Positions 19,917 to 29,655 are shown, counted from the first letter of the stretch. The stretch: DNA of 32,000 nt from Synechocystis sp. PCC 6803 substr. PCC-P (GCF_000284455.1 NC_017039.1:1800001-1832000), one strand, 5' to 3'. The notes: generated from the letters alone by a model not told the origin. Made by a program: numbers and translations.

Positions 19917-20666
19917 TCACCGTCCCGGTAAGCCCACATACCAGAAGTAAGTCACCATGGGAATTAGGGTTGCCAACGCCAACAGCACCACTACCCAAAC
20001 GGTGGCACTGGTATCGTCGGTTTCTTCCGCTGTAGTGAAAGTTCCTTCCAAACTAATTTCTTCCAGGGCTGGAGGACCCGGGTCCGGTTGTCCAGCTAAA
20101 ATTGCGCCCAAACGTTTGTCAGCTTCAATCAACGCTTGGTTATACTTTGCCCCATCCTTGAGGGGAACAGCTAGGGTTTCCCGCAGTAAACTATCCACCA
20201 TCTCATCGGTCAATAGGGACTCTGCCGTTTCTCCCCGACGCAAAGCAGTGCTGTTGGTGAGGGTATCTAGCACCAATAGGGTTTGATTGCTCTGGCTGGC
20301 TTCATCGGGATACCAACGCTCGAACAGATCATTAACAAAGCCGTCAATGGTGGCATCAAAATCTAAGCGGCGGATAACTACAAACCGGGCTTCTTGCCCA
20401 CTGGACTGGGCTAATTTTTTTAGATCGCTATTGAGTCTGTTTTCATTGGCCAGGCTGATGGCCTCTGCTTGATCCACCAGGAAGGTCTTAGAGCCAGGGG
20501 ACAAAATTGGCAGGTCATAAACCCCAGTGGCCAGGGAAGGGGCGGGGCTTAGCCCCAAAAGTACTAGGGTTAAAAACAAAAAACTGAGCAAACGTTTACA
20601 AAAAATACTCAGATTGAAGGGATGGTGAGGGGCGACAGTCATGGGCAATTGCCGGTGAAACTCCAC
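19917..20666 (-). CDS. psb32: TPM-domain thylakoid protein, Psb32-like
   Basis: Signal sequence, TGVYDLPILSPGSKTFLVDQAEAISLANENRLNSDLKKLAQSSGQEARFVVIRRLD, C-terminal TM helix. Confidence 0.8.
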   Translation of the reverse strand: MEFHRQLPMTVAPHHPFNLSIFCKRLLSFLFLTLVLLGLSPAPSLATGVYDLPILSPGSKTFLVDQAEAISLANENRLNSDLKKLAQSSGQEARFVVIRRLDFDATIDGFVNDLFERWYPDEASQSNQTLLVLDTLTNSTALRRGETAESLLTDEMVDSLLRETLAVPLKDGAKYNQALIEADKRLGAILAGQPDPGPPALEEISLEGTFTTAEETDDTSATVWVVVLLALATLIPMVTYFWYVGLPGR

Positions 20667-20851
20667 CCTTCAGCTTACCAAAAACAGGTCAAAGACAAAT
20701 GTTGAGCGGAACAACGGCTATTTCTTAAGATTGGCTCTGACTCAGGTTTGGGGACCATGGCATATATCTACTATCCAGTATCCAGTGGAAAGAAGCAAAA
20801 TAAACCCTTTCTAATACCAAAATGATAGTGGGAATAACTGAGTGATTTTGG

Positions 20852-21064
20852 CTAAAAACTTAACTTAAGGGCATTAACGGGGACATCATCCCAGGAATTA
20901 ACCATGCGGAGTTGCGCTGTCCATCCCTCTGCTTTTTGGGCAGGAGTCAGATTGTCTTGCCAAGAACGATGGCAATCCTGGGCGGCGTCTTCGTCCAGAC
21001 AAGCAATGCAAGCATAGACAATGCCTGCGGGATCTAGTTGTTCATTGACCCAAATTTTTTCCAT
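20852..21064 (-). CDS. Small uncharacterised protein
   Basis: 70 aa from internal ATG: MEKIWVNEQLDPAGIVYACIACLDEDAAQDCHRSWQDNL; sits immediately downstream of, and in line with, another minus-strand gene. Confidence 0.6.
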   Translation of the reverse strand: MEKIWVNEQLDPAGIVYACIACLDEDAAQDCHRSWQDNLTPAQKAEGWTAQLRMVNSWDDVPVNALKLSF

Positions 21065-21081
21065 GAAGTGTTTTTCCTTGA

Positions 21082-21651
21082 CTAACAAAGACCATCGACG
21101 ATGGCCCTCAATCTAAGACTATCAAAAGTCTTGACTTCTGGACTTTTCGGCGGCAATACCCGAAGTAAAGTTTCAAGCTGGGCTGTGACCGACGTCATGG
21201 TGTAGGGGTCATCGGGATGGGGGGGGTTGCCGGGAATTTCAAAATGGGGGCGTTCACCATAGATTTGTCCCCAGCGAAAATCCGCTTGACGCACAATTTC
21301 TGTCAACAGGGCAGAATTATCTAGCACCTGCTCCACCATGGTGGTCAAGGCTATTAGGGGAAGCTCCAAATGTTTGCTAATTAAGGCGTCTGCTTCGTCA
21401 ATGCGGGTTTGTAACACCAACAATAATGCCCCTTCAGAGTCCTGCAAATGATCGTTGACAAACAATTTCAGCTCTGTCTTTCGCTGTATTAACTTAGGTA
21501 CGGGGGACTCTCCTTTGAGAAAATCTCCCCCCGCCTGGCCAATCACATCTACCAAGGTTCTTTCCCGACCGGCGATCGCCTCTAGAAAAATCTGTCGGTC
21601 CCGGTCTGATGTCGATGCCGACTCCGGGGAATGGGGTAAATCCGTCATCAA
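21082..21651 (-). CDS. Uncharacterised cyanobacterial protein, 189 aa
   Basis: Long minus-strand ORF fitting between neighbours; no motif recognised. Confidence 0.72.
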   Translation of the reverse strand: MMTDLPHSPESASTSDRDRQIFLEAIAGRERTLVDVIGQAGGDFLKGESPVPKLIQRKTELKLFVNDHLQDSEGALLLVLQTRIDEADALISKHLELPLIALTTMVEQVLDNSALLTEIVRQADFRWGQIYGERPHFEIPGNPPHPDDPYTMTSVTAQLETLLRVLPPKSPEVKTFDSLRLRAIVDGLC

Positions 21652-21693
21652 AAAATAGGGAAATTTAAGCGGGGGCGAGGATAATCCGGCTAG

Positions 21694-22194
21694 CTAATGT
21701 TGGACAATCAAAACCGAGCATTGCACGTGGTGAATGACATAACTGCTAACACTGCCCAAAAATACCTCTGCCAAACCCTTGAGCCCCCGGCGACCAAGCA
21801 CTACCAAATCAGCATCCCAATTTTTGGCCATGTCACGGATCCAGCGCCCTGGTTCCCCGACTTTTACATCCCACTCACATGCCACCCCATCCTCCTGCAC
21901 CTGTTGGACAATGGATTGCAGCCACTCCCGGGCTTCCGTTTGTTGTTCTTCCAAATGTTCTTTAATTATCTGGGAAAAGCCAATGGCCGCCTCCCCATAA
22001 AAGCTGGGGTAAATACTCAAATCCTGACTGTCCACTGGAATACAGTAGAACACCATCAACTGGGAGGATTCTTTCTGGCCTAGGGCGATCGCCTGCTGTA
22101 GAACTTCCTTGGCCAATTCAGAACGGTCTAAGGCAACTAAAATCTTTCCGTAGCCCATGGTGGAAACTCCTGCCCCATATCTGTGGCCTAGCAA
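21694..22194 (-). CDS. Universal stress protein (UspA family)
   Basis: YGKILVALDRSELAKEVLQQAI and DADLVVLGRRGLKGLAEVFLGSVSSYVIHHVQCSVLIV (ATP-binding GX2GX9GS/T-type motif). Confidence 0.93.
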   Translation of the reverse strand: MLGHRYGAGVSTMGYGKILVALDRSELAKEVLQQAIALGQKESSQLMVFYCIPVDSQDLSIYPSFYGEAAIGFSQIIKEHLEEQQTEAREWLQSIVQQVQEDGVACEWDVKVGEPGRWIRDMAKNWDADLVVLGRRGLKGLAEVFLGSVSSYVIHHVQCSVLIVQH

Positions 22195-22331
22195 AACACG
22201 AGTGCGTCAAACTCACCTTGATGCTTCTAATTCTAGCCTCTGTAGATAGCCGAATCTTTGGTTTGGTCCTGGGAAATTCATAGTCCCCTGTGCTCAGGCC
22301 GGAAAGCTAAAGTCTACAACTCCATAGCTAT

Positions 22332-22361
22332 AAAAAAACTGGGCCCAGCTAGGGAGCCCAG
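22332..22361 (-). terminator. Rho-independent terminator downstream of tRNA-Arg
   Basis: Minus strand CTGGGCTC...GGGCCCAG followed by TTTTTTT. Confidence 0.75.
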
Positions 22362-22393
22362 CCCGATGATAATAATCGGCGTGATGCAAAAAA

Positions 22394-22467
22394 CGGGCTT
22401 GGAGGGACTCGAACCCCCGACCTCGTGGTCCGTAGCCACGCGCTCTAATCCACTAAGCTACAAGCCC
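22394..22467 (-). tRNA. tRNA-Arg (anticodon ACG)
   Basis: 74 nt; acceptor GGGCTTG/CAAGCCC, D arm TAGCTTAGTGGATTAGAGC, anticodon arm CGTGG-CTACGGA-CCACG, T arm GGGGGTTCGAGTCCCTC; CCA not encoded. Confidence 0.96.
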
Positions 22468-22597
22468 CAGTCGTTTACCTGACGATTTATAACACTATCA
22501 CAGTGGTCGAAACTTCCGCAAGCTTTTTGCATGGGAAGCACTGGGGGAATTTTTGGTAGGATAGCAAAGATAATAAATAACCCTTTGGAGAAAACCC

Positions 22598-22714
22598 GTG
22601 ATCGAACCCCTATTGCTCGGCATTGTACTTGGACTAATTCCTGTAACCCTAGCAGGGCTGTTTGTGGCGGCCTACCTGCAGTATAAGCGGGGCAACCAGT
22701 TCAACTTGGATTAG
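22598..22714 (+). CDS. petG: Cytochrome b6f complex subunit V (PetG)
   Basis: GTG start after GGAG; translates to [38 protein letters not shown] (38 aa). Too short for the supplied ORF track. Confidence 0.96.
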   Translation: MIEPLLLGIVLGLIPVTLAGLFVAAYLQYKRGNQFNLD

Positions 22715-22995
22715 GGAACCTCCGTCATCGGTCATTTTCCTAAAATAAATACTTTCTCACTTTGACCAAGATTTGGTGCAGGAAAACCCCAATTTCAGCA
22801 GTAGCGAGTTGGGGCTCAATTTTGATTGGCCTTGGTCAAAAAAGAATCGGCTAATTTTTTGGGTCTCCACCATAGGTCGTTTCTAGCTGGCTGCGGCTGA
22901 GTGCTTCATGGACAATATCCGCCAATAACGGGGGACTTTCACTCAGTTTCCCAAAAAAATTGGGGGCCAGGGGGCTTTTAAAACAGGCTCTCAGG

Positions 22996-23760
22996 CTACC
23001 CCAGCAGACCTCTTTTTTTCCCTTTCTGCCGGGAACGATGCAAGTTCTGGGGCGGCAGGGGAACCACTGCGTCTTCCAGGGGCAAACGGCGGACTTCATT
23101 GGTGAAGATATGGGCTTGATACACTTCTTGGTTATTTAGTTCTAGGGCAGTGAGCCAGCCACTTTTGGGATGATAGGCCCCAGTGTCAATATCCAACCAA
23201 CCGGGGCCCGACACTAACTTACCCGGCTCCACGTTGGCAAAGGTGAACGTTATGGTGTGGCCGGTGATAATTAACTTGTTGGCAAAGTAGGGATAGGGGT
23301 AGCGATGGAACTCATCCCGGATCCAACAGAATTGGGCTTCTCCCTGCTCTTCGATAGGGAGGCGGGGATCTACCCCAGCGTGGACTAACCAAACATCCCC
23401 CAGGTCAAGATAGAGGGGTAAGTTGCGCATCCAGTCCACATGGCTTTGGGGAATCTGGTGCTCATAACTTTCTAGGGTTGATTTGCCGCCGCTATAAATC
23501 CAAGCATGTAGTAGTTGGGGAGAAAAGTTAAAGCCCCCCACCGCATCCAACATCATTTGTTCATGGTTACCCAACAGGCAATGGTACTTGTTCTCCATGA
23601 CAAAATCCACCACTTTGGCGCTTTCTGGACCTCGGTCGATCAGGTCACCGACGAAGTAAACCCCATCTCTTTCATTGGGGGCGATCGCCTCGAACAAAGC
23701 AGTAAGGGCGTCGAAATGGCCGTGGACATCACCAAAGACAATGCGTCGAGGATTGGGCAT
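22996..23760 (-). CDS. PPP-family serine/threonine protein phosphatase
   Basis: GDVHG, GDLIDRGPES, GNHEQ, WLVHAGVDP, ITGHT signature motifs. Confidence 0.93.
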   Translation of the reverse strand: MPNPRRIVFGDVHGHFDALTALFEAIAPNERDGVYFVGDLIDRGPESAKVVDFVMENKYHCLLGNHEQMMLDAVGGFNFSPQLLHAWIYSGGKSTLESYEHQIPQSHVDWMRNLPLYLDLGDVWLVHAGVDPRLPIEEQGEAQFCWIRDEFHRYPYPYFANKLIITGHTITFTFANVEPGKLVSGPGWLDIDTGAYHPKSGWLTALELNNQEVYQAHIFTNEVRRLPLEDAVVPLPPQNLHRSRQKGKKRGLLG

Positions 23761-23980
23761 GGATCAAGCGAGCCGGGGCAGGGGGAAATTTGCAGGACAG
23801 TCTATAACAATGGCAGACATAAAACCGCCAACAGTTGGGAAAAGGATGGATGGATTAACTAACTTGGATCGATTCCCTAGTCCAATATAGTCCAAGGGCT
23901 AGGTAATGGATTTTTTCCTAGCTTTAGTGGGGTTGGTCAGCCCGAACTCTCGGCCGGCTTGAGAGTGGTTTTAGCACTTT

Positions 23981-24502
23981 TTAGAATTGTAGATAGTGGA
24001 TCAGTTGGGTAATCAATGCCACTGGCAATCCTAAACGCTTTTGTAAATCCCCTAGGTTGCGGTAGTCTCCCCCAATCTCCCTTTCTTGCAACAACGCAGT
24101 GGCGATCGCCGGAGATAGATGGGGCACGGTAAGTAATTGGTTAAGGTCGGCTTGGTTAACCGGAATTTTTGGTGGTGCCAGTAGGCTATCCGGATCGGCA
24201 TAGGTAAAGGAAAGTATGGGTTCCCAAGGCTTAATTTGTTGCACTGGGACATTGAGGGCAGCGGCCAAATCTTCCAGGGCTAGAAATTGCACCCCCATGG
24301 TGCTCAATTCTTTTAGTTGTCGGGCCTGGTGAATAGATAACCCAGGCAAACGCAGCCATTCATCCACTGTGGCTTGGTTAACTTCAATCCTGAGGCCCAA
24401 TTCCCCGGCGATCGCCAATTCTTGCCAAGATTGAAAACGGTAGTAGGGATCATTTTGCAGACGACGTTGGAGAGCCCGGCGACGAAAATTGACCATGGCC
24501 AA
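23981..24502 (-). CDS. Helix-hairpin-helix (ComEA-like) protein
   Basis: RIEVNQATVDEWLRLPGLSIHQARQL and IPVNQADLNQLLTVPHLSPAIATALLQERE repeats; no signal peptide. Confidence 0.78.
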   Translation of the reverse strand: MAMVNFRRRALQRRLQNDPYYRFQSWQELAIAGELGLRIEVNQATVDEWLRLPGLSIHQARQLKELSTMGVQFLALEDLAAALNVPVQQIKPWEPILSFTYADPDSLLAPPKIPVNQADLNQLLTVPHLSPAIATALLQEREIGGDYRNLGDLQKRLGLPVALITQLIHYLQF

Positions 24503-24627
24503 GGGGAAGGAAAGGGAACAAATACAATTTTAGTGGGGAAAAATCCCCGCCCCCCAACCATCTGGGATTGTAGAAATAGGGGAAGATGGTATGGAGGCAT
24601 TTCACCCCCTGCAATGGCACAAGCATA

Positions 24628-25254
24628 ATGAATTGGCATATTAGCGACGCCCAAAACCTAGCCACCATCGACTATGAAATCGGGGACCATGGCCATAGCC
24701 CTGCTCAGTATGAGATTCTGCGGCGAGTTATCTACGCCACGGGGGATTTTGAGTACCTCAACCTACTGCATTTTTCCGCCCGGGTACTGACGGTGGGGGC
24801 CGCCGCTTTAGCATCCCGCACCACCATTCTTGTGGACGTGCCCATGGTACAGGTAGGCATTGTCCCCACTTTGCAAAAGACCTTTGCCAACCCTGTTTAT
24901 TGTGCTACCCAAAGCATTACCAGGCCCCAAAAGGAAAGAACAGAGGAAGCCTGGGGCATATTGAACTTGGCCCACCGTTACCCAGATGGGATTTTCGTAA
25001 TTGGTCACGCCCAAACCGCCTTAGATGCCCTGATGGAGTTAGTAGAAGCCCAACGCATCCAGCCGGCCCTGGTCATTGCCACCGCCACTAATTTTGGCGA
25101 TCGCCAAGACGTGGAATTAAATTTGCAAAAAGCTAACATACCCCACATCATAGTCCAGGGAAGAAAAGGGGGGACAGAGGTGGCCGTGGCCATCATTACT
25201 GCCCTAGTGGATTTAGCTTGGCAAGCCTATGAACAAAGGGCCCACCTAAATTAG
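24628..25254 (+). CDS. cobH: Precorrin-8X methylmutase (precorrin isomerase)
   Basis: RVIYATGDFEYLNLLHFS, DVPMVQVGI, GILNLAHRYPDGIFVIGHAQTALDALMEL, VIATATNFGD. ATG at 24628 preferred over track start 24586. Confidence 0.9.
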   Translation: MNWHISDAQNLATIDYEIGDHGHSPAQYEILRRVIYATGDFEYLNLLHFSARVLTVGAAALASRTTILVDVPMVQVGIVPTLQKTFANPVYCATQSITRPQKERTEEAWGILNLAHRYPDGIFVIGHAQTALDALMELVEAQRIQPALVIATATNFGDRQDVELNLQKANIPHIIVQGRKGGTEVAVAIITALVDLAWQAYEQRAHLN

Positions 25255-25286
25255 TCACTTCCAACCTTTTCAAACCAGATTTAATT

Positions 25287-25736
25287 ATGGCTTTTTGGCT
25301 GATGAAGTCCGAACCCGTCACCTATGGCATTCACCATCTCAAAGCGGAAGGAGAGACCCTCTGGGATGGGGTGAGAAATTATCAAGCCCGCAACTTTTTA
25401 CAAACCATGGCTGTGGGAGATCAAGCTTTTTTTTACCATTCCAACTGCAAGCCACCGGGCATTGTCGGGCTAATGACCATTACTGCCGAGCAAGTGGTGG
25501 ACCCCACGCAGTTTGACCCTGCTAGCCCATACTTTGACCCCAAGGCTACTCTGGAGAAGCCCCGTTGGTTCACCGTTAAAGCCAGTTTTACCAGGGAATT
25601 TGCCCAGATGATTACTTTGTCCACCCTCAAAGCCCAGTTTAGTCCGGAGGAATTAGGAGTCCTTAAAAAAGGGAACCGCCTGTCGGTGTTACCCGTCTCC
25701 CCGGCGATCGCCAATCGAATTTTAGAGTTAGCTTAA
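25287..25736 (+). CDS. EVE-domain (THYN1-like) protein
   Basis: MAFWLMKSEPVTYGIHHLKAEGETLWDGVRNYQARNFLQTMAVGDQAFFYHSNCKPPGIVGLMTI. Confidence 0.9.
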   Translation: MAFWLMKSEPVTYGIHHLKAEGETLWDGVRNYQARNFLQTMAVGDQAFFYHSNCKPPGIVGLMTITAEQVVDPTQFDPASPYFDPKATLEKPRWFTVKASFTREFAQMITLSTLKAQFSPEELGVLKKGNRLSVLPVSPAIANRILELA

Positions 25737-25791
25737 TCCATGAGCAATGATACAATTGGAGACTGTGTCTTTTTTTGTGGAGTAACGGGTC

Positions 25792-25929
25792 ATGACTCAA
25801 CGAACCCTCGGCGGAACCAACCGCAAACAAAAACGTACTTCCGGTTTCCGGGCCAGAATGCGTACCCATAACGGCCGGAAAGTTATCCAGGCCCGCCGGA
25901 GCAAAGGTCGTCATCGCTTGGCTGTATAG
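25792..25929 (+). CDS. rpmH: 50S ribosomal protein L34
   Basis: 45 aa [45 protein letters not shown]; absent from ORF track because of length. Confidence 0.97.
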   Translation: MTQRTLGGTNRKQKRTSGFRARMRTHNGRKVIQARRSKGRHRLAV

Positions 25930-25938
25930 TTTCCTTCC

Positions 25939-26313
25939 GTGGGACTACCCAAAACACTGCGCTTAAAACACTGGCAAGATTTCCAGACCGTTTATCAGCA
26001 AGGAAAGCGACATCGTCACAGCAATTTACTAATGCGGGTTCTAGGCGATCGCCAGGCCGACCATAGCCGTTTTGGCATCACCGTCAGCCAAAAAGTTAGT
26101 AAAAAAGCCACGGTTAGAAATCGTCTAAAACGTCAAATTCGCGCCGTCATTAACCATTTTCAGCCCCAAATCAAGCCGGGTTTTGATGTGGTGATTATTG
26201 TCTTGCCCCAGGGCATTGGGTGCAATTATGAACGTTTTTTGCGAGAATTAGAGCAGTTATTTAGCCAAGCTGGGATTATTGACCATGGGCATTCGAGAAA
26301 CCACTTATTATGA
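25939..26313 (+). CDS. rnpA: Ribonuclease P protein component
   Basis: Follows rpmH; LRVLGDRQADHSRFGITVSQKVSKKATVRNRLKRQIRAVINHFQPQIKPGFDVVIIV RNR-type motif. Confidence 0.95.
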   Translation: MGLPKTLRLKHWQDFQTVYQQGKRHRHSNLLMRVLGDRQADHSRFGITVSQKVSKKATVRNRLKRQIRAVINHFQPQIKPGFDVVIIVLPQGIGCNYERFLRELEQLFSQAGIIDHGHSRNHLL

Positions 26314-26680
26314 GGGCGGCCCCCACATCGGGGACTTGATCGTCAATATTTTATTGGGGTTCACCGTCATCTTTCTCCCTTTGACCGTTGGGGCGATCGT
26401 CCGGGCCATCTGGCTTCGTTACAAAATTACTGATCGCCGTATTTCTGTCACCGGCGGTTGGATGGGTAAAGACCGCACCGACATCGTCTATGGCGAAGTG
26501 GCGAAAATGATTAAAATGCCTAGGGGGATAGGCCTCTGGGGGGATATAGTTGTCACCCTCAATGACCGTTCTCGGCTAGAGCTGCGGGCCATGCCTAACT
26601 TTCGGGAAGTCTATGACTATATGGCCGAACGGGTCGCCGACAAAACCGGTCGCCCCTTAGAAGCTATCACCCAGCAGTAG
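26285..26680 (+). CDS. PH-domain (bPH2/YdbT-like) membrane-associated protein between rnpA and yidC
   Basis: TTYYEGGPHIGDLIVNILLGFTVIFLPLTVGAIVRAIWLRYKITDRRISVTGGWMGKDRTDIVYGEVAKMIKMPRG. Overlaps the rnpA 3' end by 29 nt using the internal ATG at 26285. Confidence 0.85.
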   Translation: MGIRETTYYEGGPHIGDLIVNILLGFTVIFLPLTVGAIVRAIWLRYKITDRRISVTGGWMGKDRTDIVYGEVAKMIKMPRGIGLWGDIVVTLNDRSRLELRAMPNFREVYDYMAERVADKTGRPLEAITQQ

Positions 26681-26780
26681 AAACAACAGTAATTAATGAT
26701 ATTAATCAAGCACTGGAGCCATTGAGCCCCCCAGTCTTCCCGGCAACCTTGGCAATATTTATCTAGAGAGCTTGTTAGCA

Positions 26781-27935
26781 ATGGATTTTGGTATCGGTTT
26801 TATTTCGACAAATATCATGCTGCCAATCCTGGATTTTTTCTTCGGGATTGTACACAGTTATGGTTTTGCTATTATTGCCCTCACACTAGTAATTCGTTTA
26901 GGGCTTTATCCCCTCAGTGCCGGCCAGATTCGCAACATGAGAAAAATGCGAATCACCCAGCCCCTGATGAAAGAGCGCCAAGAAGAAATCCAAAAACGCT
27001 ACAAGGACGACCCAGCCAAACAGCAAGAAGAAATGGCCAAGGTCATGAAGGAATTTGGTAATCCCCTGGCCGGATGCCTACCCCTGTTGCTGCAAATGCC
27101 CATCCTGTTTGCCCTATTTGCCACCCTGCGGGGATCTCCCTTTTCCGATATTAATTACACCGTTGACCTGCAAATATTACCCCAGGAACAGGTAGAGCGC
27201 ATTGTTCCCCAAACTTTCTCCACGAAACCCCAAAATATCTACGTAGACGAAGCCCTCCATTATCCCATTGCTGTTTTCCTGCCCGGTGGCAAAATGCTTG
27301 GAGTCGGGGAGAAAACCCAGTTGGAAATTCAGAGCACCGAAGGCAAAGCTTTTAACCAAGTAATCCCCGAAAAAAATAGCCAAATTTTAACCCCTACCTA
27401 TAGTGTCACCAAAGGTGAAGACCGCATTAGCGTTAATCCCGACGGCACCATTGAAGCCCTAGTACCGGGGGATGCTACCGTCCAAGTAACTATCCCCGGC
27501 ATTGCGGCCCGCACCGGCTTTCTCTTCATCAAGGCCCTGGGGCAAGTGGGAGTAACTGGCGAAAACGGTGAGATCAACTGGGACATCCTTGGCATGATTG
27601 TCTTCTTTGGCTTCAGCATTTATCTCAACCAAGAATTGTCCGGTGCCTCCGGGGGAGGTGCACCCAACGCTCAAGCCCAACAGCAACAGACCATCAACAA
27701 AATTACCCCTATTTTGTTTAGCGGCATGTTCCTGTTCTTCCCTTTGCCGGCCGGGGTTTTGATGTACATTGTCATGGCCAACGTCTTCCAGACAATACAG
27801 ACCCTCATTCTGATGCGAGAGCCGTTACCGGAAAACCTGCAAAAGTTGTTAGATGAACAACAAAAAGCCACCCAAGGCCGGGAGTCCCTACCCTTTGAAA
27901 AGAAAAGCAGTAAAAAGAAGGAAAAAACCTCGTAA
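26781..27935 (+). CDS. yidC: Membrane protein insertase YidC/Oxa1/Alb3
   Basis: [87 protein letters not shown]; large loop before the C-terminal TMs. Confidence 0.95.
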   Translation: MDFGIGFISTNIMLPILDFFFGIVHSYGFAIIALTLVIRLGLYPLSAGQIRNMRKMRITQPLMKERQEEIQKRYKDDPAKQQEEMAKVMKEFGNPLAGCLPLLLQMPILFALFATLRGSPFSDINYTVDLQILPQEQVERIVPQTFSTKPQNIYVDEALHYPIAVFLPGGKMLGVGEKTQLEIQSTEGKAFNQVIPEKNSQILTPTYSVTKGEDRISVNPDGTIEALVPGDATVQVTIPGIAARTGFLFIKALGQVGVTGENGEINWDILGMIVFFGFSIYLNQELSGASGGGAPNAQAQQQQTINKITPILFSGMFLFFPLPAGVLMYIVMANVFQTIQTLILMREPLPENLQKLLDEQQKATQGRESLPFEKKSSKKKEKTS

Positions 27936-28024
27936 ATTTTTAAACCATAAGTCTTCACCTTTCTCAGTAGAGATGGAGGCTTTATTGTGATTGCGGAAGT
28001 TAAATTGAGACCTGAATATTGACG

Positions 28025-28519
28025 ATGGAAAAAATAGTTACCCAAGCCCAGAATTGGCTCGAAGAACTTCTCACTCTAATGGGTTTTCCCAGTACTGTCA
28101 CCGTAGCAGAGGATAAAGAAAATACTTTGGTGATGGGCCCTTGGTTAGTCATTGAGGAAAAAAATCTATCCTCAAGCCAGATTGAGCGGTTGCTAGCGGA
28201 GAACGGTTTGGCTTTAGATGCCATTCAGTATTTACTCAATGCTTCTCTACGTCCTGCCGTGGCCGACGGTGGCATAAACTTTACGCCCATCACGGTGGAG
28301 TTGGCAGAATTTAGGTCTCGTCGCCAGTCGGAGTTGATTTCTTTATCGGAAATGGCAGCCCAACGGGTACGGGAAACCCTTGAGCCAGTGGAGATGGAGG
28401 ATATGACTGCGGCCGATCGCCGTCAGGTCCATAGCTTTTTTGAAGATTCCCAGGATTTGGAAACAGAAAGCCAGGGCTATGAGCCCCACCGCCGCTTAGT
28501 GATTCGCCCTCGACGTTAG
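28025..28519 (+). CDS. R3H-domain RNA-binding protein (Jag/KhpB-like)
   Basis: FRSRRQSELISLSEMAAQRVRETLEPVEMEDMTAADRRQVHSFFEDSQDLETESQGYEPHRRLVIRPR typical KH-R3H end; conserved location after yidC. Confidence 0.88.
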   Translation: MEKIVTQAQNWLEELLTLMGFPSTVTVAEDKENTLVMGPWLVIEEKNLSSSQIERLLAENGLALDAIQYLLNASLRPAVADGGINFTPITVELAEFRSRRQSELISLSEMAAQRVRETLEPVEMEDMTAADRRQVHSFFEDSQDLETESQGYEPHRRLVIRPRR

Positions 28520-28580
28520 GGCTGAGGAACCTTAAAACATTCTGAACTTCCCACTACTTACCTGATGTTAATTGGTTGGG

Positions 28581-29525
28581 TTATTTCTTTTTGCCCCCGA
28601 ATAACCCGCCCAAAAATCCCCCTTGGCTGGACTTGGCTCCCTCCTGACTACTGCCGGAACTAGTGTGCTTGGCCAATTCTTTTTTCGCCGCCATCACTTT
28701 AGGGTCATTGGGGTCTAACTTCACTGCTGAGCCAATGTGAACCTTGGCCATGGTCATCATGTTGTTCTTTAGATAGGCCATGCCCAATAAACAATGAGCC
28801 TGGGCATTTTTGGGGTCGGTTTTCAGGGCAGATTTCAATTCGGCAATGGCCTTCTCATATTGCCGACGATCAAAGTTTTCCTGGGCTCGCCGTAAACTCT
28901 TTTCAAAGGGAGAAAGTTCTTCCGCCGGGGGATTATTGATGGGAGGGGTTGGGGTTGGGCCCTGGGGCGATCGTCCTGAAACCACGGGAGGAACCGTTTC
29001 TTTTGAAGACGCAATAGTTTGGAACACAGGGCGGGCAGAAGCATTTTCCCCTTTCACCATCAAAAAAATCAGATTGTATTCGCTCACTTGGGCAATCTTG
29101 CGAAAAACCGTTTTAAAGTCTTCGTAAAGCCCTTTGCTCAGGGGGGTGACCACCTTGCGGTAAACCAATTCCAAATTTTGCTTTGCTCCCTGGAGTTTCT
29201 GGGACTCTGCACTGCTAAAGCTCGGTTGCCCTATGCTAGCTAAGTTGCTCACTGTCTGCTGGATGATAAGCAAGTGTTCTTTACGGTCGTTCTCTCGGCT
29301 TAAAACTTCATAGGCCGGGTTAACAAACTTGGAGAAAAGTTTTGCTGCTAAGGCTTGCTCTTCTTCGTTGGTAGCTTTTGATGTGTCGGGGTGTAGTTGG
29401 AAAGCAATCTTGAGATAACTTTTACGAATTTCTTCGGGAGTCGCATCCAGAGGACAGCCAAGAATGGCGTGGTGGTCAACTACGTCATAATTAAACAGTC
29501 CTTGCTTGATGGGAAACGAGCTCAT
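28581..29525 (-). CDS. J-domain protein with C-terminal TPR repeats
   Basis: DYYAILG-like HHAILGCPLDATPEEIRKSYLKIAFQLHPDTSKA with HPD; TPR region AKAIAELKSALKTDPKNAQAHCLLGMAYLKNN. Confidence 0.9.
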   Translation of the reverse strand: MSSFPIKQGLFNYDVVDHHAILGCPLDATPEEIRKSYLKIAFQLHPDTSKATNEEEQALAAKLFSKFVNPAYEVLSRENDRKEHLLIIQQTVSNLASIGQPSFSSAESQKLQGAKQNLELVYRKVVTPLSKGLYEDFKTVFRKIAQVSEYNLIFLMVKGENASARPVFQTIASSKETVPPVVSGRSPQGPTPTPPINNPPAEELSPFEKSLRRAQENFDRRQYEKAIAELKSALKTDPKNAQAHCLLGMAYLKNNMMTMAKVHIGSAVKLDPNDPKVMAAKKELAKHTSSGSSQEGAKSSQGGFLGGLFGGKKK

Positions 29526-29655
29526 AAAAATTACGGGAGGGGGGCATTTCTATCCCTTTCTACTCCATTATTCCTCAGAAAGAGAAAAATACTCTCAAAT
29601 TGTTAGAAACGTTCACCAAAGCTTGACCCCTAATTTCTCTTGAGCACCAAAGCAA

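Noticed and set aside
22258-22482. 74-aa plus-strand ORF (TGLEGLEPPTSWSVATRSNPLSYKPQ)
   Set aside because: Reads through the complement of tRNA-Arg and its terminator; a well-known type of spurious translation of tRNA DNA.
22851-23099. 82-aa minus-strand ORF overlapping the phosphatase 3' end
   Set aside because: Overlaps a well-supported PPP gene on the same strand and has no recognisable motif.
24313-24668. Minus-strand ORFs spanning the HhH gene start and the cobH start
   Set aside because: Overlap two well-supported genes; proline/phenylalanine-rich composition looks like out-of-frame translation.
25287-25736. EVE-domain protein as part of a modified-base restriction system
   Set aside because: EVE domains can accompany such systems, but here it stands alone among housekeeping genes with no restriction nuclease nearby.
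27398-28224. Minus-strand ORFs over the yidC 3' end and R3H gene
   Set aside because: Antisense to conserved domains; no support.
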